64,000 bases of DNA from positions 124,001 to 188,000 of IMG/VR virus record IMGVR_UViG_3300024239_000011, one strand, 5' to 3'. The translations under genes were made by a program, and so were the position numbers. Of this stretch, positions 10,426-22,272 are shown piece after piece. Each line of letters starts with the position of its first letter. Position 1 is the stretch's first letter. The notes below the pieces were generated by a model. It was not told where the DNA came from and searched no databases. It saw only the letters and a program-made list of their open reading frames with translations.

Positions 10426-11058
10426 CTAAGCCACAGAAGTCTCTTCACTTTTCGCCTCCCAATACGTTCCATAACCATGCTGGCGCATATGATCAGCAAG
10501 TTTTTTCATGGATATCTTTGTTGTCCAGTTGACCGGGATCGAGAAACGGTCATCTGACCATTTTTTGCGAACCCAAATTATAGCATCAGTTTCATTCAGG
10601 AAATCCACCCCGGCATACATGTACGAGTATTCCTCATACTTCCAAAAAGTCTTGATCACTTTTTGTTGGAATTTGAACTGATCGCCTTCCAGTAGCTCGT
10701 AATCGTTTAGTCCGGTGATCGGCACGAACGACTCATTTCCCACATGGCAGAGGCGGTCAGACCCGATTTCTCGAACCATCATTTCGCCATTGCCTCGGTT
10801 CTCTTCACAGAAACCCACAACCCATTCATTCAAGGGCATGCTTTGACACAGCACCAAATCGCCTTTTTGAGGCGTGCGATAAGTGGCAAAATGGGTACGC
10901 CGACTGAAGTCAGACGCGAACAGGGTTTCGGTACTTTCCCCGCTCCGTGTCGCTCGCAAGGTCAAGTACAATTGCGTCCCGTACAACCCGCGAATCACGC
11001 TAAGCAGGATGCGTTCACGATCAGTCAATATCGGTGAAACCAACCGCATTAGTGACAA
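10426..11058 (-). CDS. Hypothetical protein
   Basis: 210-aa ORF in a tightly packed run. Confidence 0.6.
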   Translation of the reverse strand: MSLMRLVSPILTDRERILLSVIRGLYGTQLYLTLRATRSGESTETLFASDFSRRTHFATYRTPQKGDLVLCQSMPLNEWVVGFCEENRGNGEMMVREIGSDRLCHVGNESFVPITGLNDYELLEGDQFKFQQKVIKTFWKYEEYSYMYAGVDFLNETDAIIWVRKKWSDDRFSIPVNWTTKISMKKLADHMRQHGYGTYWEAKSEETSVA

Positions 11059-11266
11059 CTCTCAGCGCAATTACCCGTACACGGTTCTGGTACTTCGACA
11101 TTCATCACCACGTTGTGAAGTTCATCCACAGCGTCGTCATGCTGTTCCATGGCGCGAATAAATGCCCCTTGCCAAGCATCACAGTCGCTTGGCGGATTCT
11201 GGTCCAGCCATTCGTGCAGAGCTTTGATATGGGCGGCAAATTTCTCTGCCGCTTCAACCATGACCG

Positions 11267-11794
11267 TCATAGACCAGCCCCCACGATGTCCCGGATCGCC
11301 TGAAGGTGATCAACCGGCTTGGGTTTGTTCTCTCGCTCGAAGGCTTCCATGAACAAAGTGGGATAGGTCTTGGAGTAATGCTTCTGACCCGAGTACAACA
11401 TCGGAAGAAGCGACTTCCCAGTGCCGCCCTGTTGCGACAGGATAAAGGGAGTGTTCAGCTTCATTGCCTGCTCGCGAAGCTTGTCAACCCACTCAGCCAT
11501 CGCGGCATACATCGACTTGGTTTCAGCGCGAGCAGTCTCACTCATACTGAGGCAAGCATCCGGGTCGTAATAGAAAATCTTGTTCGGCATCAGCGCACCC
11601 AATTGGGTCTTCGGCTCACGACTCTTTGCCACGAAAATGTTCATTTCGCCGCGCCGAATACCGCCAGCAAGTTTGTCGATACGGTCAAACCCGGAGACGA
11701 CCCACGGGGTGTCCTTAACCGAATCATTACCTTCAGTAACGTAAATCTCTTCCATCGGGCGAACCCTCCCTAAAACGTCAACCACATTCCCCAT
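11267..11794 (-). CDS. Degenerate DnaB/gp41 helicase-like fragment protein
   Basis: SGFDRIDKLAGGIRRGEMNIFVAKSREPKT (degenerate Walker A) and LREQAMKLNTPFILSQQ (motif H3-like). Confidence 0.55.
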   Translation of the reverse strand: MGNVVDVLGRVRPMEEIYVTEGNDSVKDTPWVVSGFDRIDKLAGGIRRGEMNIFVAKSREPKTQLGALMPNKIFYYDPDACLSMSETARAETKSMYAAMAEWVDKLREQAMKLNTPFILSQQGGTGKSLLPMLYSGQKHYSKTYPTLFMEAFERENKPKPVDHLQAIRDIVGAGL

Positions 11795-12237
11795 TCCATG
11801 TCGGCGGGGTCAATTTTATTCAGCAAACGTTGAACTGCCGGGATGAACTTGTCCTTCGCTTCCTGCGGCATGTCATGAATTTTGCAGAAATTCTTCCCGT
11901 ACTGGCTGATCTCGAACCGGTGCCCAACGATCAGTGCAATGGTTTGACACTGCATGGGATCACCATGCCAAGCTTTCGGGTTGTGAAGGACGGTCGTTTC
12001 GACCCCCATTGCATGTTGGTTCTCGTCTGGGATTAATTCGTATTCAAGATCATGCAGGCTGCGGTTATCTTCGATTTCGCGCCACATAGGGGCGCCACAC
12101 TCGCCGCAGAATTTAGACGGGCTTTCCGGGTGAGTGCATCCACGTTCTTGTCCGTGGTTAAGGTAGGCGTCGTAGATCACGTCAGCAGGTATCTTGTACC
12201 CGACGAAGACGGACGCATGGCATGTGTGTCCCATCAT
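11770..12237 (-). CDS. Hypothetical Zn-ribbon protein
   Basis: KFCGECGAP motif. Confidence 0.55.
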   Translation of the reverse strand: MMGHTCHASVFVGYKIPADVIYDAYLNHGQERGCTHPESPSKFCGECGAPMWREIEDNRSLHDLEYELIPDENQHAMGVETTVLHNPKAWHGDPMQCQTIALIVGHRFEISQYGKNFCKIHDMPQEAKDKFIPAVQRLLNKIDPADMEWGMWLTF

Positions 12238-12371
12238 AACCCCCCAACGATGTCACGAATAGCTTGAAGATAATCAGGTTTGTTCCGCGCCTGGATGAAC
12301 TCTTGAATATCGCCTTCGGTTGGATTGATGAAAAGCTGTGTGTTTGGATACCGAGTTCCAATCCGACGCAT
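12234..12371 (-). CDS. 45-aa protein not in the ORF track (MRRIG...KPDYLQAIRDIVGGL)
   Basis: ATGA overlap with the next gene; shares a C-terminal motif with two neighbours. Confidence 0.6.
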   Translation of the reverse strand: MRRIGTRYPNTQLFINPTEGDIQEFIQARNKPDYLQAIRDIVGGL

Positions 12372-12707
12372 CAACGCACCGAGCTTTCTCGGTAGCCATG
12401 TGTGTTTGGTTTCTACCTACCGTACTTGTCCCGCCGCGCGGTCGAGAGAAGCAGTGCCTATACAGGGTCGGTCAAGAGGTACACAAACCTCTTAATTACT
12501 TTTGAACGACGGTGAAATACGAACCATCCACCCGGTTGCCAAAAGCGTTCAGATGGACTTCAGTATTTCCGTCCTTGAGGATCAACGTCTCAGATTCACC
12601 GTTATCCTCGCTGGTAATCACCACATCATCCTTCAGAAAAGGACGGAGGCTGTTGGCCACATCTTCAAGACGTTCGGCAATGGACATCATGATCCTCGTT
12701 GTATTTG

Positions 12708-12793
12708 TGGTGCGGGTGAGAGGATTCGAACCTCCATGGATTGCTCCGCTGCGACCTAAACGCAGTGTGTCTAGCCAATTTCACCACACCCGC
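12708..12793 (-). tRNA. tRNA-Leu(TAG)
   Basis: CTGCG-TTTAGGT-CGCAG arm, variable arm, CCA. Confidence 0.95.
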
Positions 12794-12821
12794 ATCTTTA
12801 CCACGTTTACCAACAAGGGGT

Positions 12822-12905
12822 TGGTGCGAGAGACGAGACTCGAACTCGTAAGCCTTGCGGCAGCAGTGTTTGAGACTGCCGTGTATGCCGTTCCACCACT
12901 CTCGC
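12822..12905 (-). tRNA. tRNA-Leu(CAA)
   Basis: GCAGT-CTCAAAC-ACTGC arm, variable arm, CCA. Confidence 0.95.
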
Positions 12906-12919
12906 TCCGTGGTGAATAT

Positions 12920-13555
12920 TTATGTATCAGAGCTTTCCAGTAGCAGCAACAATTTTTTGGCCCGCTTGTAATTTCCCCCTTTCGGGTCTAGTCCAACCTC
13001 AATCAACGCTTGGCGAATGCTATCTGTGCGAGCAAGAGCGGTAATTAAGTCTTGGTCAGGTACCTTAATTCGACCAGTGTTTCTACGTCCCTTAAATGTC
13101 GGTGTTTGGCTATGGCAGTTGGGACACAAAAATCGTAAATTTTCCAAACGATTATCACGTCGATTGCCGTTTATATGGTCGAGTTCGAGAATCAGGGGTT
13201 TGTTATTCCATGACCCGTCCAAACCACATTCAGTACATTTGTATGGTAATAGACGTTCAGTCAAAATCAACTTTTTCAATCGTTCTGTTGTAATCTCAGA
13301 CCCTTCTATAAAAATATTAGACGGCTCTACTTTGCGTTTTACTCTTCCGTCTGATAAAACGGTTTTGTGTTTATTCCAAGGTGTTTGACCTTTGAAATGA
13401 TCATAAGCCATTTTTCCGTCTTCATGCGCCTTGCGTAATCCTGCTGCATTTTTTTCTTTAACAGCAGGGCACGCATTATAGCTAGTTGTACAGCATTGGC
13501 GCCCGTTTCTAAGAACATTTGTTGCTTCATTTCCACAACCATATTCACATAACAT
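12920..13555 (-). CDS. HNH homing endonuclease
   Basis: LELDHINGNRRDNRLENLRFLCPNCHSQT. Confidence 0.92.
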   Translation of the reverse strand: MLCEYGCGNEATNVLRNGRQCCTTSYNACPAVKEKNAAGLRKAHEDGKMAYDHFKGQTPWNKHKTVLSDGRVKRKVEPSNIFIEGSEITTERLKKLILTERLLPYKCTECGLDGSWNNKPLILELDHINGNRRDNRLENLRFLCPNCHSQTPTFKGRRNTGRIKVPDQDLITALARTDSIRQALIEVGLDPKGGNYKRAKKLLLLLESSDT

Positions 13556-13718
13556 TTGATACCTCCATATAAAACACAGAGGTATTTAGCAAATTGGTAT
13601 ACGCATCATGTCTACACTGCAAAATTAAAGCTTTTGGCCGGTCGCAACATCTTTTTGTACGACTTGACAATACTACTCAGGGCTGTTATCTTGGCGGAAA
13701 TTTCCAAGGAACTTCACC

Positions 13719-16700
13719 ATGGTAAAGCCCGCGAAGCACAATTTCTCTGTCGTTTCGATGCTGGCGCTTCACTGTAAGTTTAGCGCCCAGTCTCCCGATC
13801 TGATGGTGATGGTTCACCAGTCCACGGGCGGCGACTGCTGCACGACCGGTTGCGTGTTCTTCGACCGGGGTAAGTGCCCGTCCTACCAGAAGCTCAAGAC
13901 CGCCGAGACTGGCAGCAAGGCTGCCCTGGAAAGCGTGCTGCACCACACGGGCATGTTGACCCTGGTGATGGGGATGAGTGCCAACTACGGCATTCAGCCG
14001 CCCTACATCGTCGCCGGGCTGTCCAACCTGCTCGCGGCGAACCCGCTGGTTCCCACGGCGGAAGAACTGTGGGTGGGCGCCAAGACCAAGTTCCCCAGCG
14101 AGGACGGCGGCATCGACACCGATGCGCTGGCGGCGAAGATCAAGGAAATCTACAAGCTGCGGGGTTAACGCCATGCCGAAGATGAACGCCAATGACGCGA
14201 TGCTTCGGATGGGCATCGCGTTGACCGAGAAGCGCGTAGAGTCGGAAGTTCTCTGCGCGGTTCCGTTCGAACACAAGGTCAATGTGGTCGTGCGCAACGG
14301 TAAGCAGGGATCGAATCGCTACACCGTGGTAACCTTCTATGATGGTACCCCGGCAAGCGCCAGCGGCACCCTGACCGGCTGGGTGGACATCGCCTTTTAT
14401 TTGGAAGGCGAAGGTTGTAAGAACGTCAATGAAGTCGTCTGGAAACGCGAACCGAATGAACGGGCGTTTCGGCGCATGGCGAGCGTTCTGACCACGATTC
14501 AAGCGTTTGAAGAAATGCAGGGGCGTTAATCATGGGAATGTGTTTTCCGTTTTCGGTATCGGCACACGAGATTGCGCCGTATGACCACAAGTACGGCGGT
14601 GGACGACATTTTTCTGCTATTCACTTGGTGTGGAATCGGTGGGTTGACCATGGTAATTCCCGCACACCCACGAAGCTGGGATCGTGGAAGGGGACATGTA
14701 TCACCGTCAATGACGACATCGCAATCATTCAACTAATTGATCCCCCGGCTGGTTGGTCCCGTACTGTGAAAGTTCCCATCACCATGATCAAACGGTGGTG
14801 TGACGAATCAAGGCATGTGCGTGACTGGTTCGAGGCTGAATGGCAACCGTCCGCGTGGCGTCGTCTATGTGGCTGGATCGCCAACAAGATCAAGAAAGGT
14901 TGATCAGATGCCGTTGCTGAATTGGGCGCCGCTCAAAGACTATGTACCGGAAGGGCATTATGGTTGTTGGATCAACCAAGATGGGTTGGTACACCGGGTT
15001 GGCTTCCAGGCGCATTGGCAAGTTGCTGCTATGTGTTTCGGTTCGGATTACGGTAATGCCAACAGCGCCGCGTTGCATGCCGGGTGGATTGGTATTAAGC
15101 ACCATCCGTTTGAGGTCAGCGCGGATTTCTACGCACCCACGAAGAAGGCGCAGCGGGTGGCAGTGAAGTTGCTGCGTGATTTCTGTAAGGCGCACAACCC
15201 GCAGATTTTCACTACCTTGACTGCGCGGCATGAAACCCTACAGGAAATGCTCGCGTATATCAACGATCCCTGGCAGGAGCCGATGAAGGATGGGGAAATC
15301 CGCCATACCTACCTGGGTTCGGCGTTCGAGGACTTGTCCGGTACTGCGCGTACTGACGTAGAACCATGCATGCCGCATGCCTGGATTATCGACAATAATT
15401 GTGAAGATCAGCCGATTCCCATGGAAGAATACGCTTCTTTCAACCGGGAAGTGTTGCATGTTGTTATTCCGAAGACACGTCGGGATGCGGACCCCATAGA
15501 TATTCAGTCTGACACTCTTGATTCGATTCTGGATTTTGGAATGCGGCACTACTTGAAGGTGCCGCTGATTTTGTTCGGTATGGATCAGACATACCGGTGG
15601 GCAATGGATCAAGTCTTCCCGGTATTGACCGGTAAGAAAGTAGATTTCAAGTATTGCCATACAGGTTTACGAGATGCGTTGATAAATCGTGCGCAGGAAC
15701 GAAAAATGATGTTGACAATGGAGTAGATGGCTCTATTATAGCCATGTGACAGAAAAAGGGGTAAAAGGGTCGTTGTGACCACCCGGCTCTCTGTGAAAAC
15801 GGAGTGTCACGAAATGGAAAATGAGACCGCCCAGAGTGGCGTTACTAAGATTGTCGAGCCTGCTCTTGTTGCACTCGACACCACCAATCTCCCTCAAGAA
15901 CTGATCAAACCACTGGCACAGCTTCAGAGCCTCTATGCTCTACGCTCCATGTCGGCTGATGATTGGGTTGAAACTCACGGCTCCGGAACCTTGCGTAAGA
16001 ACAAGCGCATTGGTTTTGCGTGGAAAGCCCAGTACCGCGAAGAACGTGCCGCCTATGAGTTTGGCTGGACGTTTGAAGTTGTCCCTGCCAGTCGGGTGAT
16101 GTGGGGTATCCCCTTCACTGAAGGTGATTGTCACGCGGTTACTGAAGCTGGATGGCACATCGAACGCTTCTTCGAGAAGAAAGTGTTTGCCGAAGACTTC
16201 TACGAAGCCAAGTACATCAAAGTCGAATACCCTGATGGGGCGACCAAAGAAGGTATTGGCATCGTCGTGCGCCAGACCTCGGCCAAATGGGTCGGGGAAG
16301 GTCAGCTTGTCTTCGCCATTGTTGCCGAGTTCGTGCCGGGCAAAGGCTGGAAAGAAGCCGAGAACCCGTTCTAGGGAGTCGTGTCATGGAATTTGTCTTT
16401 GAAAAAGGCTTGTTCCCCGACAACTGGTGCTACGTCCGGAACATTTTCATCATCGGCAAGACCAAAAGCGCCAAGAGCGCCTTGGCTGACTGGATTGAGA
16501 CGAAATATCCGGAATTCTGCCGGGTTCAGGCTTCGGAATGGATCAAGGCAGAATGCCCGTGGGAAAGCTACCAGTTGTTAGAGGACAGCTATCCTGAGTA
16601 TGTGAAGTTCCTCAGTCATCTGAGCGCAAAACGTCTCAAGGAGAACCCAGACGCTTGCATCGACTACATCAAGCGGAAGTATCGGATTGAAAACGGTATG

Positions 16701-17416
16701 TACGCAATTGAGGGCATTCGGAACCCTCGCGACTTCATGTCGTTGTTTGACCCTGAACGGGACATGGTGCTTTTCTTGAGCAACCCCGGTCATGAGTTCG
16801 ACGGCAATTTCGATGACGGTATCGAGGTGATCAAGGGTTATGTGGAATGGCTGGCGAAACACATGCTGTTCGCCAATTTTGAGGGGGTGTTGGTAAAATG
16901 ATTCGCTATGATTTGCCGAAGCCGATCAAAGCTGTGATCGCGGAAATGTATCTCTACGACATGGACGAAACCAAGACTGCCTGGGTGCCCTGTAAGGTGT
17001 TCGCCATCGACGCCTACCCAGGAGAAGCCCTGACTGTCACCGTCCTGCTCGATGATGGGTCGATGTTCAACTACATTCCGTTGGACGCGGTAATGACCAA
17101 GGCACCAGAGGAAGGCGCGTTCCTGCTCCCCTACACCGATCTGGTCTACAACAACTGCATTGGTGGCAAGGTGGCTGTCACCGTCCACGAGGTACTAAAT
17201 CAGCCGGTGTGGGCTTATTTCAAGAACAAGAACCTCTGGATGGGTGCCGAGTTCGTCTGTTGCTTGGATTTCTATGAGGGCAACGACCTGATGAACTTCT
17301 TGATCTTGGAGAGCGGGCAGTTTGCGGCACTCCCCAACCACAAGATCAAGTTCGGAGCGAACGCACCCAAGGAATTGCCCCAGTACAAAAAACTGCGGAA
17401 GGTCTGGAAGGTCTAA
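13719..17416 (+). other. Run of about seven early hypothetical phage genes, including a P-loop kinase-like ORF at 16386-16901
   Basis: Closely packed plus-strand ORFs after TTGACA-type promoters; IIGKTKSAKS and IEGIRNP motifs in 16386-16901. Confidence 0.55.
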
Positions 17417-17766
17417 AATGAAAGGGCGAGGATTACCCGCCCTTTCAAATAACCGGTTCACCGAGGATTTGCACAACTTCCAAAATCGCCGGGTCCACAA
17501 ACGCCGTGAAATAATCATCCGCGCCATTCATGATGTGGACCGTATCATCAATGAACGTAACCGTGGGATTACCATCAATGATGGTTGGAATGATTCGAAT
17601 GGCGACCCGTTCCGGTGCCATTACCGCCATGCCCTTTTCATTCTCTTTGGGGTCGGCGGCGATATACGCCAGCGACCCCACCTTCGGGGTGTGGTTGCGC
17701 GCGACCGGATCACGGGTCGTTATGCGAAGAATCGTTCCGGCGTCCCATTTCATGACAACCCCCCTT

Positions 17767-18309
17767 CTAATGCTGATATTCACCGTTCCAAACCGGAATG
17801 TCGCTAATTTTCATGCGCAGAACCGGGCGACTATCCAACAATTCTTTGGCAGCGATACGACGAGCCGAAAACTGATCCTTCTTGCCAATATGGTTCAGGT
17901 CGTAAAGCGTGCGGTAGCTACCGTTCGGAATGAAAAACGGATCGAAGCCAAAGGCATCGGACGGGGCATTGTCAGTCTTAACCAGCGTGCCCGTGATCAC
18001 GCCCCTATAAACGTGAATGTGTTCACCGTCATTGTAGCCGAGCGAAACGACCCACTGGGCGTCTTTGGCAGTTTTGATCTGGTTTAGCTTCCAGCGAATG
18101 TCAACGACTTCTTCGCCGTCGATGACAAGGATGGTGTCTTCGACAACCATATCCTTGCCAGCGTCAAGAGCCTTGTAGAGAATGACCTGATCGGGAGTGC
18201 CTTGGACTTCCTTTAGGTCCAAGCCCTTCTTGATCTGAATGTCAAGACCGAGGCGCCGAAATTCGGCAAGCTTCTTGTCATTGGACGAAACCAGATACAT
18301 GTCAGACAT
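17767..18309 (-). CDS. Non-canonical purine NTP pyrophosphatase (Ham1/RdgB family)
   Basis: SSNDKKLAEF, VVEDT, FGFDPFF, K.QFSAR. Confidence 0.85.
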   Translation of the reverse strand: MSDMYLVSSNDKKLAEFRRLGLDIQIKKGLDLKEVQGTPDQVILYKALDAGKDMVVEDTILVIDGEEVVDIRWKLNQIKTAKDAQWVVSLGYNDGEHIHVYRGVITGTLVKTDNAPSDAFGFDPFFIPNGSYRTLYDLNHIGKKDQFSARRIAAKELLDSRPVLRMKISDIPVWNGEYQH

Positions 18310-18395
18310 CCGCGTTGGTGAGCCACAAATATAAGTTTTTCCGGTACAACTGTCAACCCTGAGGTACTAAATATCAGTAAATCAAGGGACTGGTA

Positions 18396-19358
18396 ATGCG
18401 CATCAAAGAAATCCTCGAAGATACATCCACATCACCATGGTACTTTGTCATTTCCAAGGATGGTATGGCCAAGGTATTCAATGAAGATGATCCCGAATAC
18501 CTGAAGCATATCTGTGATCTGGGCTGGGAAGTTGAATGGGATAGCGCCCGTAGTCCCGAGCAAGGATACCGTTTTGCCCGTGAACATGGATTGAAACCTG
18601 TTGGTCAAAAAGAAAGCCCGCTTGACAATCCGAACTTCCGTAAATGGTTCGCAGGCAGTAAGGTTGTAGACAAGAACGGTAATCCGCTTGTCGCCTACCA
18701 TGGCACGTCCCAGGATTTTGAGGCATTCAGTGTGAAACCCACCAAGAACGTTGGTCGTTATGGTTTCAACCGTATTGGGTTCTGGTTTGATACCGACCCC
18801 ACTACCCCTAATTATTTCGCGGGCGATGATGGCGATAGTATTGAAGGGCGTCAGGGTGGTGGAAACGTTATGCCGTGTTACCTGTCGATCAAACACCCAT
18901 TGGTTATTACCAGTGAGGCTTTAAGCGCACGAATGGAAGCACAGCTTCGTGATCTGTGGGCACAACATAAGGCGCTCTGGCAGAAATACAACACCGAACG
19001 TAAGGCGACCCCCACTTACGATGATAACCTTCATCGAAAATATAGTGCCCTGTCCAAGAAAATCATGGCTGAAATTGAAGATATCAAAGCTCGGCGCGGG
19101 TCGGATTCTTTCTATAAACTCATGAGCCTACTTCCCCATGGACCAAAGACCAAGGATGCCGATGTTGACCAATTTGTGGCTGACGCGAAAGCCGAGGGAT
19201 ATGACGGCATTCTGCTCAAGGATACCCTGGCAGATGACGGCTCCCGTGGTGGGAAGCTGACTGACTGGTGGTTGCCTTTCGACCCCCACCAGATCAAGTC
19301 AGTGTTCAATAAGGGCACGTGGAGTACGGAGACGCCCAAGCTCTCCGAAGGGGCTTAA
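18396..19358 (+). CDS. ADP-ribosyltransferase-like (ART-PolyVal type) late/virion protein
   Basis: FRKWFAGSKVVDKNGNPLVAYHGT, GFWF, GYDGI, FDPHQIKSVFN; late promoter at 18368. Confidence 0.7.
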   Translation: MRIKEILEDTSTSPWYFVISKDGMAKVFNEDDPEYLKHICDLGWEVEWDSARSPEQGYRFAREHGLKPVGQKESPLDNPNFRKWFAGSKVVDKNGNPLVAYHGTSQDFEAFSVKPTKNVGRYGFNRIGFWFDTDPTTPNYFAGDDGDSIEGRQGGGNVMPCYLSIKHPLVITSEALSARMEAQLRDLWAQHKALWQKYNTERKATPTYDDNLHRKYSALSKKIMAEIEDIKARRGSDSFYKLMSLLPHGPKTKDADVDQFVADAKAEGYDGILLKDTLADDGSRGGKLTDWWLPFDPHQIKSVFNKGTWSTETPKLSEGA

Positions 19359-19860
19359 TCCAGTCCCAACCGGGCACGGACGTGCAGGTTCACCACATCC
19401 ATATCAACCACCTTTCGAGTGGCGCGTGCCCGCTGAAAATGGCTCGCGAAAACCTCTTTGGCCGTTTTCTGCTTGATTGCCGTGCGGAGTGCCCAGCGCG
19501 TAGAGATTCGTTCCAGGCTGGCGGCGATGTGGGGGAGCAATCCAGCCTTCCAAAGAAGGATAGATTCGCGGGTAACGACGTAAGCTGTTGGGGAGTTTTT
19601 GCTAAGAATGAACAACATATAGTACCTCCTTGCTGTAGGCGTGAAAAGACATCCCGTAGTTCACTATTCAGGACCGTCTTTCGTATTTTCCTACAGTGAG
19701 TTGGTCTTACATGTTGGTTTACCTTGCAGTTCTGCTGGTATTTAGTCGGTAATTAGCATAGTCGCTGGAAAACCTTCAATTTTCCGCGAGATTGTCCCTT
19801 TGAAAAAGTAAGAAAGGTGGGGTATAGTCCGGGTATATCCAACTCCCGGAGGCTCGGACT

Positions 19861-20535
19861 ATGGACGAAGAAGCGATTCCTGACCTGAAAATGGGTATCT
19901 ACAAGGGGTACTCCCGCATCAATCTCGGTTCAAAAGTGGCGGACCACATCATGAAAGTCGGTCCATATGTCGCGATCAGTGGGCGATGGTCGGAAGGCTT
20001 CTATCTTACCCCAAGTGCCGCGAAGATCGACAACATGCCGTCGCAGCGGAAAGTGATGGATTCGCCCGGAACCAACGGCGGGCGTGCGTTCCCCCTGTTC
20101 GTGGATTTCAACTCCCGAACCCTTGGTGATCTTCCTTTCACCCGGCTCAGTGCCACACCAATTCAGGTGGAGTTTCAAAAGGATGGGCGCCTGTGGCTGC
20201 GTACCGATATCCTTAACCTGAAGTCATTGGACATCGAGCCGTCTGCCCCCGCAGAACCGGTGGCAAAACCTGCCGATACCGTCGTGCGAGTGCAGCGTAC
20301 CCCTGCGACGAAAAAGCATGCGGTGAAACGCAAGCCTCTGCCGTCACTCCCGCCGGGCTGGATCGACATTACTGCCCTGGATGACGTTCCGAAGACCGCG
20401 AAAGGGTTGCAGGCGGCGGTCGCTGCGTTGGAAACGGCGCTCACCGACTACAACAATAACACCCTTACCCCTCTTGAGGTGGATGCCAAGGATGGGCGTA
20501 TCGTGTTCAAGCCCGTGGGAGCGCAGGCAGCATGA
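19861..20535 (+). CDS. Hypothetical protein
   Basis: GGAGG RBS, 224 aa. Confidence 0.6.
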   Translation: MDEEAIPDLKMGIYKGYSRINLGSKVADHIMKVGPYVAISGRWSEGFYLTPSAAKIDNMPSQRKVMDSPGTNGGRAFPLFVDFNSRTLGDLPFTRLSATPIQVEFQKDGRLWLRTDILNLKSLDIEPSAPAEPVAKPADTVVRVQRTPATKKHAVKRKPLPSLPPGWIDITALDDVPKTAKGLQAAVAALETALTDYNNNTLTPLEVDAKDGRIVFKPVGAQAA

Positions 20536-21237
20536 CCGTCGAACATGAGCGGATTTTTGGCAGTCCGCCAAATCCCCAGGGAACGCATGTTCACGGGCGT
20601 TGTTGCCCAACTACGGAGCCATGATGATGGTGGATTTCGGGGATTAGGGGGCGTAAGCCCCCTTTTCTATTTCTGGCGGGTTCTCTCCGAGATACATCAA
20701 TACCCGCCATGCATGCGCCCTGGTAGGCATCAGAGATTGGCGTTGGAACCAGAGACGAATCGTTGTCTCGGATGGGACGGCGCCGAGCGCCTTGGCAAGC
20801 TGACCGCGTGTTATCGGAGAAGCCCCGATAATGGTCAGCAAGATAGCTTTCTCGTTTGGCAATAACCGCCGCTTGATTTTGGTCATGCCGCAATCATACA
20901 CAATCCGCTTGACCATGTAAAGAGAAGGGGATAGGGTATTCCCCTGATTGGGGTCGAACACTGGCGGACTATTATGACCAGCGAAGAGAAGCGGAAAAGT
21001 TATTTTACCGCCGGGTACCGGGAAGGGTATCGCAATACCCAAGCCCTATACGGCAACATGCATCAGCGCAACAGCGAGTTCGATGACGCTGCCGATGAAG
21101 GCATTCTTGTCGGCAAGCAGGATGCGAACGCAGGGCGTCCCATGGACGAAGAAGCTGCATGGGCAGCGTACCGTCAACGCCTGGGTTCGGCGGCGGCATA
21201 AAGAAAAAGGGCGGTACCCGAAGGTACCGCCCTTTTG

Positions 21238-22059
21238 TTATACCGCCATGGCGACGGGATAATCCTGAACCCTCAGGTTCTCAGGCCATTCGGACATGTC
21301 GGCGCCCTTGTAGTGGGTCACCTTCACCCCGATGGGATTGCTGCCCATCTGCTTGACATGCAGGGCAACACCGTTGTTATCGCAGTAATCCGCAATATCC
21401 AACGCCCAATTCACGTCAAACTGCCTGACATCCTCGGGATCGCCTTCCTTACCGGCAGACTCCCCACCGACGATGACCCATTCGATTTTGGGGAATTTCC
21501 CTAAATCCAAGGGACCGAGCAGAGGTTCAGCCGAAATGAACCTAACCGGAGCGGGGATCGACGCCAGGACTGGCACCCTTTCTTCCGCTCTTTTCTGGTC
21601 CTCGACCGTGCTGCCCCACCAGATGTGAGCAGGTAACGCCACGCCTCTGGAAGCGCAATACCTCTCCAACACCGCCGCCATCTTCGCAGTTCTCTTGGTC
21701 AACACCTGATAGGTGTGCCAGTTCGCCTCGAACATGATGTCGATGATCTTGAAAATGTCCTCGTCACCCAGCGACTCGTGGAAGAGATCGCTCATCGAGT
21801 TCACGAAGACCATGGAGGGGGTTTTCTGCCTGAAGGGTTCCCTCAGGGCTTTGTCGTGAATCCTCACGACCCCATTCCACACCGGCTTACCGTTGACCAA
21901 CTCAGTCAGCCCAGCATATTTACCGGAATTCCTGAAGGTCGCCAATTCATACGCCTGCTTCATGGCGTAGCAGTTTTTACAGCCAGGGGACAGAATGGAA
22001 CAACCGACGAGACAATTCCACGTCCAGCCAGTCCACGAAATTCCAGTCTTCTTACCCAT
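21238..22059 (-). CDS. DUF5131 / phage Gp37-Gp68 family protein
   Basis: SPGCKNCYA, FVNSMSDLFH, QVLTKR, SAEPLL, WVIVGGES. Confidence 0.92.
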   Translation of the reverse strand: MGKKTGISWTGWTWNCLVGCSILSPGCKNCYAMKQAYELATFRNSGKYAGLTELVNGKPVWNGVVRIHDKALREPFRQKTPSMVFVNSMSDLFHESLGDEDIFKIIDIMFEANWHTYQVLTKRTAKMAAVLERYCASRGVALPAHIWWGSTVEDQKRAEERVPVLASIPAPVRFISAEPLLGPLDLGKFPKIEWVIVGGESAGKEGDPEDVRQFDVNWALDIADYCDNNGVALHVKQMGSNPIGVKVTHYKGADMSEWPENLRVQDYPVAMAV

Positions 22060-22272
22060 TGTTACCTCCTATTTTAGCGGGAGCGAACCAACACCTTTTT
22101 CATGGCCGTTCTCCACTATCACTATCAACCATTTGGCACTCTCCATAAACAACATATACGTTGAACTGTCAATACTATAAAGTTTTTCCCTTCTTCTCGG
22201 TTTAAGAAAGTTCATTGACGAAAGTTTCATGACCTTATAGGGTATGGCACTACCATTTGATGGAGCGGGGTT

